Notes: generated by a model from the sequence alone, not told the origin. A stretch of 64,000 nt of DNA from Acidobacteriota bacterium (GCA_022562495.1 JADFPE010000001.1:48946-112945), one strand, 5' to 3'; shown: positions 33,529-44,518, counted from the first letter of the stretch. A program made the numbers and translations.

Positions 33529-36516
33529 CTAGTGTCCCTGCGCACCCAACCGCTTCTCCGCGCGGGGCGGCAGCGGGAGACTCACCGTGAACCGTGTACC
33601 CTGGTCCGGTCCGCTCCGGCACTCGATCGAGCCACTGTGCTCCTTGATGACGCCGTAGGCAATCGACAACCCAAGCCCGGTACCCTGCCCGACCCCTTTG
33701 GTGGTGAAGAACGGGTCGTAGATGCGCGGCAGATCCTCGCTGGCGATGCCGGTACCGGTGTCCGCCACCTCGATCACGGCGCGGGTGTCCTCGACCCGTG
33801 AGGTGATCGACAACCAGCCCCCAGTCGACATCGCATCCCGCGCGTTCAGGAACAGGTTCAGGAACACCTGCTGCAGCTTGAACTCGACGCCCTGGACCAC
33901 CGTCGGCGTCGAGGACAGCTCGCGGCGAAGCCGGATGTTGGCCGTCTGGAACTGATGCTCGAGCAGCGCCAGCACATCGCTGATCACGGCGTTGACATCC
34001 ACAGGACCCGGGGCATCGGACCGGCCCGGTCGGGCCAGATTGAGCAACCCGTTGACGATCTTGGCGGCGCGGAACGTCTGGTGCTCGATCTTCTCGAGCA
34101 GCTTGGTCCGCGGGTCGTCCGGCTCCATGCCCTCGAGCAGCATCTGGGTGAAACTCGAGATCCCGGTGAGCGGGGTGTTGACTTCATGCGCAACACCGGC
34201 CGCCAGCAGACCGATCGACGCCATCTTGTCCGACAGCTGCAGCTGCTCCTCCAGATGCACGCGGGCGGTGATGTCCTCGAGGATCACCAGCGTGCCGGCG
34301 GTGTCGCCCTCCGGTGTCCGGAGCGGTGCGATCGCGGCATCGACCAGCAGTTGCCGCCGTTCGTCTGCGTGCCGCGACGTGAGTGGGACACGATACAGCG
34401 TGGCGCCCGTCGGCTGCTCGCGGCGAGCGCGATGCAACCGCTCGGTGAACGACGCGTCGAACAGGTCGGTGAGCGGCTCGCCGACCGCGGCATCGTGCGT
34501 CACACCGTAAATTCGCTCGAGGGCGGCGTTCCACCGGAGCACCCGGTCTTCGAGGTCGAGCACCACCAACCCGTCGTTCAGCGACTCGATGATGTTCTCG
34601 TTGAACTTCCGGATCCGGTCGACCTCGGACGCTGTCACCTGGAGCTGGGTGTACAACCGACCGTTCTCGATCGCCGTGGCCACCTGTGCGGCCACGGCCG
34701 CGAGCAGGGCGACATCCTCACTGCTCAGCGGTTCGCCGCTGGTTTTCGCGCCCAACGCCAGCACCGCGATCGTTTCTTCTTCAGAGACGCACGGCACGAA
34801 ATAGTGGATCTCGTGCTTTCGCCAGAAGGACACCTCCGCGTCCGGGTGACGGCGCATGGAGGCCGGCTCATCGAGCATCACGGTGTGGCGGTCGACCAGC
34901 CGTCCACCGATGCTCGAGGTCCGCTCCAGCGCCGGCCAGTCGGCGACCACGCGTGAACCACTGGCGTGGAACGGGCGGAAGACGCCGCTGGCGGCGTTGC
35001 CGGGCGGAGAGAGCATCAGCACCGTGTGGTCGATGACCAGCGTCTCGGTGATCCGGGTCACCAGCCGCTCGGCGAGACGGTTGAGATTGAGATCGCTGTT
35101 CAGGTCGCGGGCGAACCCAACGAGCGCGCGACGATAGTCGTAGCGGTCCCGGTAGTGCACGCGGTCGAGCATCGACTGGATGGCGTTCTTGACGGGGCTC
35201 GCCACGAGCACCACGACCGCCGTCGCCAGCAGAGCGATGATCGAGTTGTGCCCGTCGGACTCGTCGAGGAACACCGCACTGGCCAACCGTTCCAGCACGA
35301 AGTAGATGCCGATCATCAACGAGACCGCGACGGTATAGACCAGCCCGCGTTTGATGATCACCTCGACGTCACGCAGGCGATACCGCACGATTGCCGCCGC
35401 GAAGGCGAGCGGGATGAGGCTCAGCGGGATTGCGGTGAGGTCGAGCCGCGCGGTGTCGAACCCGAGCGCCCACGGGAACGCGTAGCCCAACGCGAACGGC
35501 AGCCCGGCCGGCACCGCGCCCCAGACGATCCAGCGGAGCTGGCGCTTCGACGTCACCGACGGCACCCGACGCAGGGTGAGAATCATCAGCGCCAGTCCGG
35601 CGATGGCGCAGGTCGCCAGATAGGCGTACTCCAGCCGCCAGACCACCTCGACCCTCGTCGTGAAGACCGCCGATCTCGCATCCCCCGCCAGCACCACCGC
35701 CTGCACCAGCCCCAGCACGACCGCTGGCGCATAGACGAGTGGCAGCAACAACCACCCCAAACGGTCCCGCACCCATCCGGGCGCGCGCTCCGGAAACACC
35801 AGCGCGAAGTGCACGAACATCGGCGCGAGCACCAGCGTCGAAATAGCATCCGCCCAGTAGAACACCCAATCCAGCCGGTCCAGACGACCGCTGAACGAGA
35901 AGGCGAACATCCCGAAGAACGCGACGCTGAGCCAGAAAAAGTGGAGGGTGGCCTTGTTCCCCGGTCGCCCAAACCGCACCGACGCGCCCACCAGTAACGT
36001 GAATACCCCGATGGCGACGAGGACGAAGTAGACCGCCGTCGCACCGGTAGGCACCGGTCGCAGGATCACGTCGTAGAGCCGGGCCTGACCGAAGCGCAAC
36101 AGCGAGTAGGTCAGCTCGGTGCCGGGCTGACCCGCATGCAGGGCCACGACCACATCGGCGGGTGTCTCGACCCCCATCCCGTCGATTGCCAGCAACAGGT
36201 CCCCAACCTGGATGCCGGCCAGGTCCCCCGCCTCGCCGGGTCCGATCTCGGTTGCCGTGAGCCCTTCAGCCCGCTCGGTCCACAGGACCCCGTCGACCAC
36301 CTCGTGCCAGTTGGCTCGCACGACCACGTTCGCCGCGGCGAGCCAGATCAGGCCAGCAACCAGCGCGACCGCCAGGACGGGCGGCGCCCAGGCGCCCCAG
36401 CGAGTGCGCCAGGCACGCGACGCGGTGGAGACGGAAGACGTTCGAGTCATCGATGCGAATGCGAGGACGTCTCGCCTACTCCTGTCCGCCCGCACGGCGC
36501 GAGCCCTGTTCCACAC
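33529..36516 (-). CDS. Sensor histidine kinase with N-terminal PDZ-like domain, polytopic membrane region, GAF and PAS domains
   Basis: PDZ-like GDLAGIQVGDLLLAIDG, then about 8 hydrophobic helices. H-box GVAHEVNTPLTGI, and ATPase G-boxes DTGTGI and GTGLGLSIAYG. Start uncertain (36516 or ATG 36450). Confidence 0.9.
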   Translation of the reverse strand: MWNRARAVRADRSRRDVLAFASMTRTSSVSTASRAWRTRWGAWAPPVLAVALVAGLIWLAAANVVVRANWHEVVDGVLWTERAEGLTATEIGPGEAGDLAGIQVGDLLLAIDGMGVETPADVVVALHAGQPGTELTYSLLRFGQARLYDVILRPVPTGATAVYFVLVAIGVFTLLVGASVRFGRPGNKATLHFFWLSVAFFGMFAFSFSGRLDRLDWVFYWADAISTLVLAPMFVHFALVFPERAPGWVRDRLGWLLLPLVYAPAVVLGLVQAVVLAGDARSAVFTTRVEVVWRLEYAYLATCAIAGLALMILTLRRVPSVTSKRQLRWIVWGAVPAGLPFALGYAFPWALGFDTARLDLTAIPLSLIPLAFAAAIVRYRLRDVEVIIKRGLVYTVAVSLMIGIYFVLERLASAVFLDESDGHNSIIALLATAVVVLVASPVKNAIQSMLDRVHYRDRYDYRRALVGFARDLNSDLNLNRLAERLVTRITETLVIDHTVLMLSPPGNAASGVFRPFHASGSRVVADWPALERTSSIGGRLVDRHTVMLDEPASMRRHPDAEVSFWRKHEIHYFVPCVSEEETIAVLALGAKTSGEPLSSEDVALLAAVAAQVATAIENGRLYTQLQVTASEVDRIRKFNENIIESLNDGLVVLDLEDRVLRWNAALERIYGVTHDAAVGEPLTDLFDASFTERLHRARREQPTGATLYRVPLTSRHADERRQLLVDAAIAPLRTPEGDTAGTLVILEDITARVHLEEQLQLSDKMASIGLLAAGVAHEVNTPLTGISSFTQMLLEGMEPDDPRTKLLEKIEHQTFRAAKIVNGLLNLARPGRSDAPGPVDVNAVISDVLALLEHQFQTANIRLRRELSSTPTVVQGVEFKLQQVFLNLFLNARDAMSTGGWLSITSRVEDTRAVIEVADTGTGIASEDLPRIYDPFFTTKGVGQGTGLGLSIAYGVIKEHSGSIECRSGPDQGTRFTVSLPLPPRAEKRLGAQGH

Positions 36517-36615
36517 AAGAACCGCGGGGGTGGCGTAACCTATAGCAATTCATCGACTTGCATCGCACTTTGGGCGTCTGCCCACACAGACATCCAAATT
36601 TCCGCATGCGATCTC

Positions 36616-36645
36616 CAATTCAATGAATTGCACCATGGAGTGCAA
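36616..36645. promoter_or_regulatory. Adjacent palindromes upstream of the histidine-kinase gene
   Basis: CAATTCAATGAATTG (36616-36630) is a perfect 15-bp palindrome. It is followed by TTGCAC-N6-GTGCAA (36628-36645). Both sit in a locally AT-rich segment about 100 nt upstream (minus strand) of the kinase start. Confidence 0.3.
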
Positions 36646-36885
36646 CCGTCCCGGGGACCTGTTTTCCACTGCGCATACACATGTCCGAAGAACCAGTAGG
36701 AACCGGCAGCTCGACACGAGCTAGACAATGTTCAGCGGGCGACACGGTGACGTGTGAACACGTCCTGTCGCCCTCGGGGACGATGTCTAGCCCCCGCGTA
36801 GCAGGGTTCTGAACAACGCCGCCGAGCGATGTCGCGCCGAGCGTCGTCCGGGCGGTCGAGGCGTGCCGTCGTTCGTGTCCAGGAA

Positions 36886-38814
36886 TCAGAAGTGCACCAC
36901 GAGGCCGCCGACGAACTCCTTCGGTGCACGGGCCACCAGCAACTCGTCAAACATCGACACGCCAGCCTGCGGCTCGAAGAACAGACTGCGGACGGCCACC
37001 AGGAGCTCCCACCGGCTCCCTTCGAACGGCGAGAATGGGAGCGTCTGATTCACCCGGACGTCGAAGCGGGCATCCAATCCGCTGGGTGCCTGGCCGTTGG
37101 CTCGCACGAACGCGGTGTTGACACGACACCGGACGAACACCCGGGTCGCAGTCCCGGGGATCTCGGTCTCGATGGCACCGCTCAAATCGTGGAACCGCTC
37201 CACGTCCGGACGCATCGTCCCTGGCACCACGGCGCCGAGCGCCGCGTCCACGCCGACCTGGCTCCAATGCGCCTCGGCGATGGTGTAGTCGATCGACCCG
37301 CTGAGCCGGTCGCCCAGCTGGCGGCGCAGCGACACCACCCACCCACGATTGGTGAGCGAGCCGGCCCGGGCCAGGTAGTAGTGCCCGGTCGACGCGTTAC
37401 CCAGCGCGTCGACACCGAAGAGGGTCGCCATCTGGTCGCTCACATCCTGGTAGTACCGACGCAGCCCGACGACGTAGCGATCGGTGAGGTCGTACTCCAG
37501 ACCCACGTCGACGTGGCGGGTGCGCTCCGGATGGAGATCACCCCACAGAGAGAACGCCGCGAACGTCCGCTCGGGTGGCAGCCACAGCCCGGTGTTGGCC
37601 GGGGGCAGGAACTCCTCGGCGCCCGGGGCGACCATCTCCTGCGAGCCGCCGACCCGGATGCGAATGCCAGTGACCGGCGTCACCGTCACCGCCACGCGCG
37701 CACTGAACAGACCGTCCTCCTCGATGTACCCGTAGGTGGCATAGCGGCCGCCGTAGTCGACCGTCAGTCGTGGCGACAGCGTCCAGCTATCAGACGCGCC
37801 GAAGCTGGCCGCGTATCGACTCTCCGAGGCGACGGTGAGCGCTGCCGGGTTGGCGCCCTCATAGCGCTGTCGCCCGTAGGAGACGGCGAAGCCGAGCCGG
37901 TGCGCTGTGTCGGCATCCGCGAGGTACGCGCCGGACAGCACCCACGACGTCAGATTACCCGTGCTCATGGCGCCCTGGGCCAACCAATCGCCGCCCCAGA
38001 CCGGCGCGCCGACCGACAGATTCGCGATACCGGCCGAACCGGGCACCACCGCGATCATGTCCGGCGCCGCATCGAGCGTGCCGCGTGTCAGCAGATTGAC
38101 CTCGCCCCTCAACGGCAGACCGAGCAGGCCCGTCGCGAGACGCGTCGGCGGCCCGAGCGAGCGGGTCAGCCTTGTGACCCTGCCGGCGCTCGACTCGCCG
38201 GCGGACACCGGTGCCACGGCGGCAACACGCGCCTCGGCGTCCTTCAACACGCTCCGATGGGCCCGGCGGAGACGCCAGGCCTTTTCGCTGTGGTCGTGCG
38301 GCGCCGATGTCGCGGTGCCGGCACCGTCGAGCACGGCTGCGTCCGTCTCCTCCGGCTGCGCACCGTCGTCGGCGCGGATCGGCAGACCGACACTGGCCGC
38401 GATCGGTTCGGCCACCTGCCCCACACGGCTCAAGGTGATCGCGTGCACGCTCGGCGTGCTCGCGCCCACCTCCACCAGCTCGCGGCGTGACGCTGCATAT
38501 CCCGGCAGATGCGCCTGGACGAGATACGCGCCCGGCGCCAGGGACCGCAGCAAGAAGCGCCCGTCCGCATCCGCCAGGGCCAGCTCGGAGCCAGATGGGC
38601 CGAACGCGGAGATCATTGCACCGTCGAGCGGCAGACCGGCCGGGTCGGTGACGACCCCGACGATTCGACCCAGAACCGCGGAGACCGCCTGTGTCACAGG
38701 GGTGTGGTCGACCGGCTGTTCCTGGCCGTCCCGCCCGGGGGCTGCTTCCGCGCGCACCCCGCCGAGCGCGAGGAGCACTATGGCGACGACGCGCATGCGT
38801 TCGGACCAAGCCAT
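36886..38814 (-). CDS. Outer-membrane beta-barrel protein with N-terminal CarboxypepD_reg-like domain (TonB-dependent-receptor-like)
   Basis: Signal peptide MRVVAIVLLALGGVRAEAA. Carboxypeptidase-regulatory-like segment GRIVGVVTDPAGLPLDGAMISAF...DGRFLLRSLAPGAYLV. Alternating beta-strand pattern and a C-terminal aromatic residue (VVHF). Confidence 0.7.
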   Translation of the reverse strand: MAWSERMRVVAIVLLALGGVRAEAAPGRDGQEQPVDHTPVTQAVSAVLGRIVGVVTDPAGLPLDGAMISAFGPSGSELALADADGRFLLRSLAPGAYLVQAHLPGYAASRRELVEVGASTPSVHAITLSRVGQVAEPIAASVGLPIRADDGAQPEETDAAVLDGAGTATSAPHDHSEKAWRLRRAHRSVLKDAEARVAAVAPVSAGESSAGRVTRLTRSLGPPTRLATGLLGLPLRGEVNLLTRGTLDAAPDMIAVVPGSAGIANLSVGAPVWGGDWLAQGAMSTGNLTSWVLSGAYLADADTAHRLGFAVSYGRQRYEGANPAALTVASESRYAASFGASDSWTLSPRLTVDYGGRYATYGYIEEDGLFSARVAVTVTPVTGIRIRVGGSQEMVAPGAEEFLPPANTGLWLPPERTFAAFSLWGDLHPERTRHVDVGLEYDLTDRYVVGLRRYYQDVSDQMATLFGVDALGNASTGHYYLARAGSLTNRGWVVSLRRQLGDRLSGSIDYTIAEAHWSQVGVDAALGAVVPGTMRPDVERFHDLSGAIETEIPGTATRVFVRCRVNTAFVRANGQAPSGLDARFDVRVNQTLPFSPFEGSRWELLVAVRSLFFEPQAGVSMFDELLVARAPKEFVGGLVVHF

Positions 38815-38857
38815 GACGCCCTCTTTCGTGTCGGTCGCGACCCGGACGCGGCGTCTC

Positions 38858-39919
38858 TCAGGACGCCGACACCGAGAAATCCACGTGACGGACTAGCGAC
38901 GCGCCGTTCGTGTTGTCCGTGATCTTGATCTCGAGCCGATAGTCGGCCTCGGGAAACGAGCCCAAGGGCACCACCTGTCCGCCCTGGAGCTGGTGCCCGC
39001 CCGCGAAGTCGAAATCCTTCGGCAAGGTCTGCGCATTGAATGTCTGGGTGCCGCTGGTGTTGAAGAACTCGTCGCCGTCGGGCCGCCTCGTGTGGAAGTT
39101 GAACTCCACCGTCACGTCGGGCAACCCGTCACTCGTCAAGCCGACGTTGTAGATCAGAAAGAATGTCGACAGCTCCTCGCTGTCGGGATACGTGCGATTC
39201 ACCCTCGGCACCAAACGCGTCGTGCCGCCCAAGACGTAGGGGTTGGCCAGATGCTGATCAGGTGGAAGGGGTGTCGAGAGCGACTCGATCCTGTCCAACA
39301 AGATCACGCTACTCGTCGCCAGCTCGTCGGACCACAGGTCGGGCACCGACACCGCCTGCTTGAGCATCATCGTCTTGGCCTCGGTGCCGTCGGACACCTC
39401 GCTCTCGCTCAGCGCGACATAGACGTCGTAGTCGCCGCCCGGCGCCGAGAACGCACGGCGGATCTCGTAGACACCATCCGCCGTCGGCACACCGAGGTCG
39501 ACGTGATACGCGTCCTCGAACACCGCCGTGGGAAGCGCGGACGCCGCTTCGGCGGCCGTCGCGCCGGCGGCGGGCTCGGCGGCCGCCGGGCCGGCGCTGT
39601 GTGGCGCCACGAAGATATACATCGCCACCGTGGGGGTGCGGATCTTCGACTGCTCGACCGACAGGGTGAACGGCACGAACGTTTGCTTGTCGTACGCTTT
39701 CAACGCATCGTTCGCCCAACCGAACGGCTCCTCGGTCGGGACGATCTGTCCCCGCAACGCTGCGGCGATGATCGTACTGAGCGACATCAGTTCCTGTTCC
39801 TGAGCCTCGTCGCGGTCCTGTGATGGCGCGGCTCGTCCGACCGAGGCAGCCAGGGCACACACGATCACCGTGGCGATGAGAGACGACACCGCCATACGGT
39901 GACGAACGGTCGGCTTCAT
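38858..39919 (-). CDS. Hypothetical secreted protein or lipoprotein
   Basis: ORF with signal-like N-terminus MKPTVRHRMAVSSLIATVIVCALAASVGRA. AAGGAG lies upstream of ATG 39919. Ends 44 nt upstream of the barrel gene. No family recognised. Confidence 0.55.
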   Translation of the reverse strand: MKPTVRHRMAVSSLIATVIVCALAASVGRAAPSQDRDEAQEQELMSLSTIIAAALRGQIVPTEEPFGWANDALKAYDKQTFVPFTLSVEQSKIRTPTVAMYIFVAPHSAGPAAAEPAAGATAAEAASALPTAVFEDAYHVDLGVPTADGVYEIRRAFSAPGGDYDVYVALSESEVSDGTEAKTMMLKQAVSVPDLWSDELATSSVILLDRIESLSTPLPPDQHLANPYVLGGTTRLVPRVNRTYPDSEELSTFFLIYNVGLTSDGLPDVTVEFNFHTRRPDGDEFFNTSGTQTFNAQTLPKDFDFAGGHQLQGGQVVPLGSFPEADYRLEIKITDNTNGASLVRHVDFSVSAS

Positions 39920-40197
39920 GGGGGGTGCTTCTCCTTGGGGCTCCAGGCAAGATTGAACAGCATCGATCATAGGCGACCTCCAGGATCCAAGTCAAACAGA
40001 CTGGGCGCACCTAACCCCGTGAAATCAGGGCTTTCAGGCCCCAATCGACCCTCGGCGCCGGCGCCTGACCTCGTGGTATCATCCGCAGCCACTAGCCTCG
40101 GCGGTCCGCGTCCGATCCACGGCGACCGCGCCCGATCCCAGGTCGAGGGGGAACCCGAACGCCGGTCACGGCAGCCTCCCCACGCGACGGAGCCATC

Positions 40198-41763
40198 ATG
40201 TCGATCGTCACCCGTCGCACAGGCCCGGCACTCGTGCTCGTCGTGCTCGACGGGTGGGGCGAGAGCACGCAGCGGGACGGGAACGCCATCCAGCACGCGC
40301 GGACGCCGGTCTACCGGGAGCTGCGTGAGCGGTACCCGTCCGCCCTGCTAACCACCTGCGGTGAAGCGGTCGGGCTGCCGGCGGGGCAGATGGGCAACTC
40401 CGAGGTCGGGCACATGAACCTGGGCGCCGGGCGTATCGTGTTCCAGGACCTGACCCGCATCGACCAGGCGATCGCGGAGGGCACGCTCGAGACCAACACT
40501 GCCCTGACGACGCTGGTCGACTCCTGCACCACCGGCGACCGTGCTCTGCATCTGGTCGGCCTCCTCTCGGACGGCGGCGTGCACTCCCACCTGCGGCATC
40601 TCGAGGCGCTCATCCGGCTGGCCGCGCGACGCGGGGTGCGCCGGGTCCTGGTACACGCGCTGACCGACGGACGCGACACGGCGCCGACCGCTGGTGTCGA
40701 GTATCTCGCCGCGCTCGGCCGCACATGCGACGAGGTCGGGGTTGGGCGGGTGGCGACCGTGTGCGGCCGCTACTATGCGATGGACCGGGACCGGCGGTGG
40801 GACCGCACGCGGCGCGCCTACGAGGCGATGACGCGCGGTGTCGGCCAACGCGGTCCGGACGCTGGGGTCCTGGTCGAACAGGCCTACACGCGTGGCACCA
40901 CCGACGAGTTCCTCGAGCCGTGTGTGATCATCGATGCCGAAGACGAGCCGGTCGGTCTGCTCCAGGACGATGACGCGGTGGTCTTCTTCAATTTCAGGGC
41001 CGACCGCGCGCGACAGCTCACTCGCGCCCTTGCATTCGACCCGTTCGACGAGTTCGAGCGCACCGCGCCACCCGCATTGCGGGTGCTCACGTTCACGCAG
41101 TACGACGCCACGTTCGGTCTTCCCGTGGCGTTTCCACCACAGACGTTCTCCGGCAACCTGGCCGACGTCCTGACGGCGAACGACCGCACCAACCTCCGGC
41201 TGGCGGAGTCGGAGAAGTATGCTCACGTGACCTACTTCTTCAATTGCGGAGAGGAGCAGCCGGCGCGCGGCGAGGACCGGATCCTCGTGCCGTCACCCAA
41301 GGTACCGACTTACGACCTGCAGCCGGAGATGAGCGCGGCCGGGATCACCGACCACCTGGTCGCGGACCTGGACGCAGGACGACATGACGTCATCATTTGC
41401 AACTTCGCCAACGCGGACATGGTCGGACACACCGGTCGCTTCGACGCAGCCGTCACGGCGGTCGAGATGCTCGATCGGTGTCTGGCGCGCATCGTCACGG
41501 CCGTCCGGGCCGCGGGCGGTACGGTCATCATCACCGCGGACCATGGCAACGCGGAACAGATGTGGGACAGCGAGCGCAACGGCCCGCACACCGCGCATAC
41601 GACCAACCCGGTGCCGGTGCTGTTGATCGGTCCGGACGTGAAGGCTGGCATGCCGTTGAGCGACGGATCATTGCGAGACATCGCCCCCACGATGCTCGGC
41701 GTGCTGGGGATCGCACCACCGGCGGAGATGACCGGACGCGACCTGCGGCGCTGGGTGGAGTGA
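40198..41763 (+). CDS. gpmI: 2,3-bisphosphoglycerate-independent phosphoglycerate mutase
   Basis: LVVLDGWG and the catalytic-serine context GQMGNSEVGHMNLGAGR. C-terminal metal site ADHGNAE. Confidence 0.95.
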   Translation: MSIVTRRTGPALVLVVLDGWGESTQRDGNAIQHARTPVYRELRERYPSALLTTCGEAVGLPAGQMGNSEVGHMNLGAGRIVFQDLTRIDQAIAEGTLETNTALTTLVDSCTTGDRALHLVGLLSDGGVHSHLRHLEALIRLAARRGVRRVLVHALTDGRDTAPTAGVEYLAALGRTCDEVGVGRVATVCGRYYAMDRDRRWDRTRRAYEAMTRGVGQRGPDAGVLVEQAYTRGTTDEFLEPCVIIDAEDEPVGLLQDDDAVVFFNFRADRARQLTRALAFDPFDEFERTAPPALRVLTFTQYDATFGLPVAFPPQTFSGNLADVLTANDRTNLRLAESEKYAHVTYFFNCGEEQPARGEDRILVPSPKVPTYDLQPEMSAAGITDHLVADLDAGRHDVIICNFANADMVGHTGRFDAAVTAVEMLDRCLARIVTAVRAAGGTVIITADHGNAEQMWDSERNGPHTAHTTNPVPVLLIGPDVKAGMPLSDGSLRDIAPTMLGVLGIAPPAEMTGRDLRRWVE

Positions 41764-41773
41764 AGAGAGACTC

Positions 41774-41929
41774 GAGAAGGCAGACGTCAGAAGGCAGACG
41801 TCAGGAAAAAACCGGAGGGCTTCGCCGACGTGGGCTCGCTGCAACCAGGTTGGCTGAAAACGATGCGCTGGCTGCACTAATGCTGGCGACAGCCGACCGC
41901 TTCATTCTGCCTTCTACCTTGCTGACTGC
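41774..41929. repeat. Composite inverted heptamer-array element downstream of gpmI
   Basis: Left arm GAGAAGGCAGACGTCAGAAGGCAGACGTCAGGA plus CCGGAGGGCTTCGCCGACG. Right arm CATTCTGCCTTCTACCTTGCTGACTGC. The core contains ATGCTGGCGACAGCCG, also present at 47262-47277. Confidence 0.75.
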
Positions 41930-41962
41930 TTTACCTCGAGGGCGCGAAGCGCGCTCGAGACA

Positions 41963-42268
41963 TCATTCGGCCGGCTGACCCGCTTCGTCTACGGCAATCC
42001 GGAGGGAACGCAGGAAGCGGCGGTCGTTGGAGCTCATCACGCCAATCTCGCCCACCGACCCACCCTTTGCTACGGCGACGCCGGCTTTGGCCAGTCCTTC
42101 CCTCTTGGGCCGGTTCGCGAACCCGATGACCGCCTCGAGCGACACCTTCATACTGTAGCCGGCGGCCCTGGCTTTCTCGTGACAGGCCTCCACTCGGTGA
42201 TCGTCCGCGACGGCGGCGGCCATGGCGTCGGCCAGCTCCCGCGACAACCGGTTCACGACATCGTTCAT
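41963..42268 (-). CDS. Small hypothetical protein
   Basis: 101-aa ORF with non-repetitive composition. No recognisable family. Confidence 0.4.
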   Translation of the reverse strand: MNDVVNRLSRELADAMAAAVADDHRVEACHEKARAAGYSMKVSLEAVIGFANRPKREGLAKAGVAVAKGGSVGEIGVMSSNDRRFLRSLRIAVDEAGQPAE

Positions 42269-42612
42269 CCTGGGACCTCCTCACCGTCAGGGGCGCACTG
42301 TCGATGTCACCCTCAGGAGATGGCTCGTGGATCCCCGGTGCCGGATCGGCTGAGGAGCCTCGAAGGTGAGATCTGGAGACCGGACCAGAGTCATGGGAGA
42401 GGCCACAAAATAGAGGGCCATCGGAAATTCTAGCCACAACATATAGGTGTGTCAAGGCGATGACGGAGACCGGATAGCGAACGCGTAGCCGGGTCGGGTC
42501 AGAGGTCGATCGCGGCGTGTGCTGTGTGCCGGCATCACCGCTGTCGGTGCGAGGCGCGACCCTCACCATCGGATAGGGCACCTGCTCCGTCATCCACTAC
42601 AATCGCACTGCG

Positions 42613-44163
<1,551 letters not shown>

Positions 44164-44177
44164 TGACACGTGACCCG

Positions 44178-44225
44178 CAGAAGTCAGAAGGCAGACGTCC
44201 GAAGAACGTCGGTGGGCTGCGCCAC
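44178..44225 (+). repeat. Heptamer array plus hairpin unit downstream of the mutase gene
   Basis: CAGAAGTCAGAAGGCAGACGTCCGAAGAA followed by CGTCGGTGGGCTGCGCCAC. Confidence 0.75.
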
Positions 44226-44226
44226 T

Positions 44227-44352
44227 TTAGGGTCCGCGCAAGAATAAGTTCCCCCGTTGTGGGGCGTCGAGGCGCCTGGCTGGCACGGCGCGAAGAGGGA
44301 GCATACGGGCAGTATTCGACCGACGAGCAACGCCGCCAGGCGGGATGCATCG
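44227..44352. repeat. Conserved structured module, copy A3
   Basis: TTAGGGTCCGCGCAAGAATAAGTTCCC...GAGGGAGCATACGGGCAGTATTCGACCGACGAGCAACGCCGCCAGGCGGGATGCATC aligns along its length with 1951-2062, with few substitutions. Confidence 0.8.
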
Positions 44353-44518
44353 CCAGCCGAATGCTACCGTCATTATGACCGGGGCCACTTAGTCGAGAGA
44401 AGAGCTACAACGTGCGGTGGTGGGTCGTACGAGAACCCACCGTCGAGGCACCTGCAGTCCGGAGCCTAGAGCCTGAAGCCGAGGACAGGCTACCGGTCTT
44501 CAGCAACCAGTTCGAGAC

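Noticed and set aside
36517-36615. Sigma-54 promoter for the kinase/regulator operon (minus-strand strings TGGAGATCGCATGC and AAGTCGATGAATTGCT).
   Set aside because: Each candidate has either wrong GG/GC spacing or lacks the GG dinucleotide.
42355-42480. Cobalamin-riboswitch-like pieces upstream of the B12-dependent mutase gene: GGTGAGATCTGGAGACCGGACC, GGCCAC, and a B12-box-like GACGGAGACCGGAT. GGAGACCGGA occurs twice, about 89 nt apart.
   Set aside because: The conserved CCCGC..ACTG core and the GGGAAG segments are absent, and I could not draw the expected helices. B12 riboswitches normally control B12 supply or B12-independent isozymes, not the mutase. The two GGAGACCGGA copies may still be a protein-binding site, but the evidence is thin.
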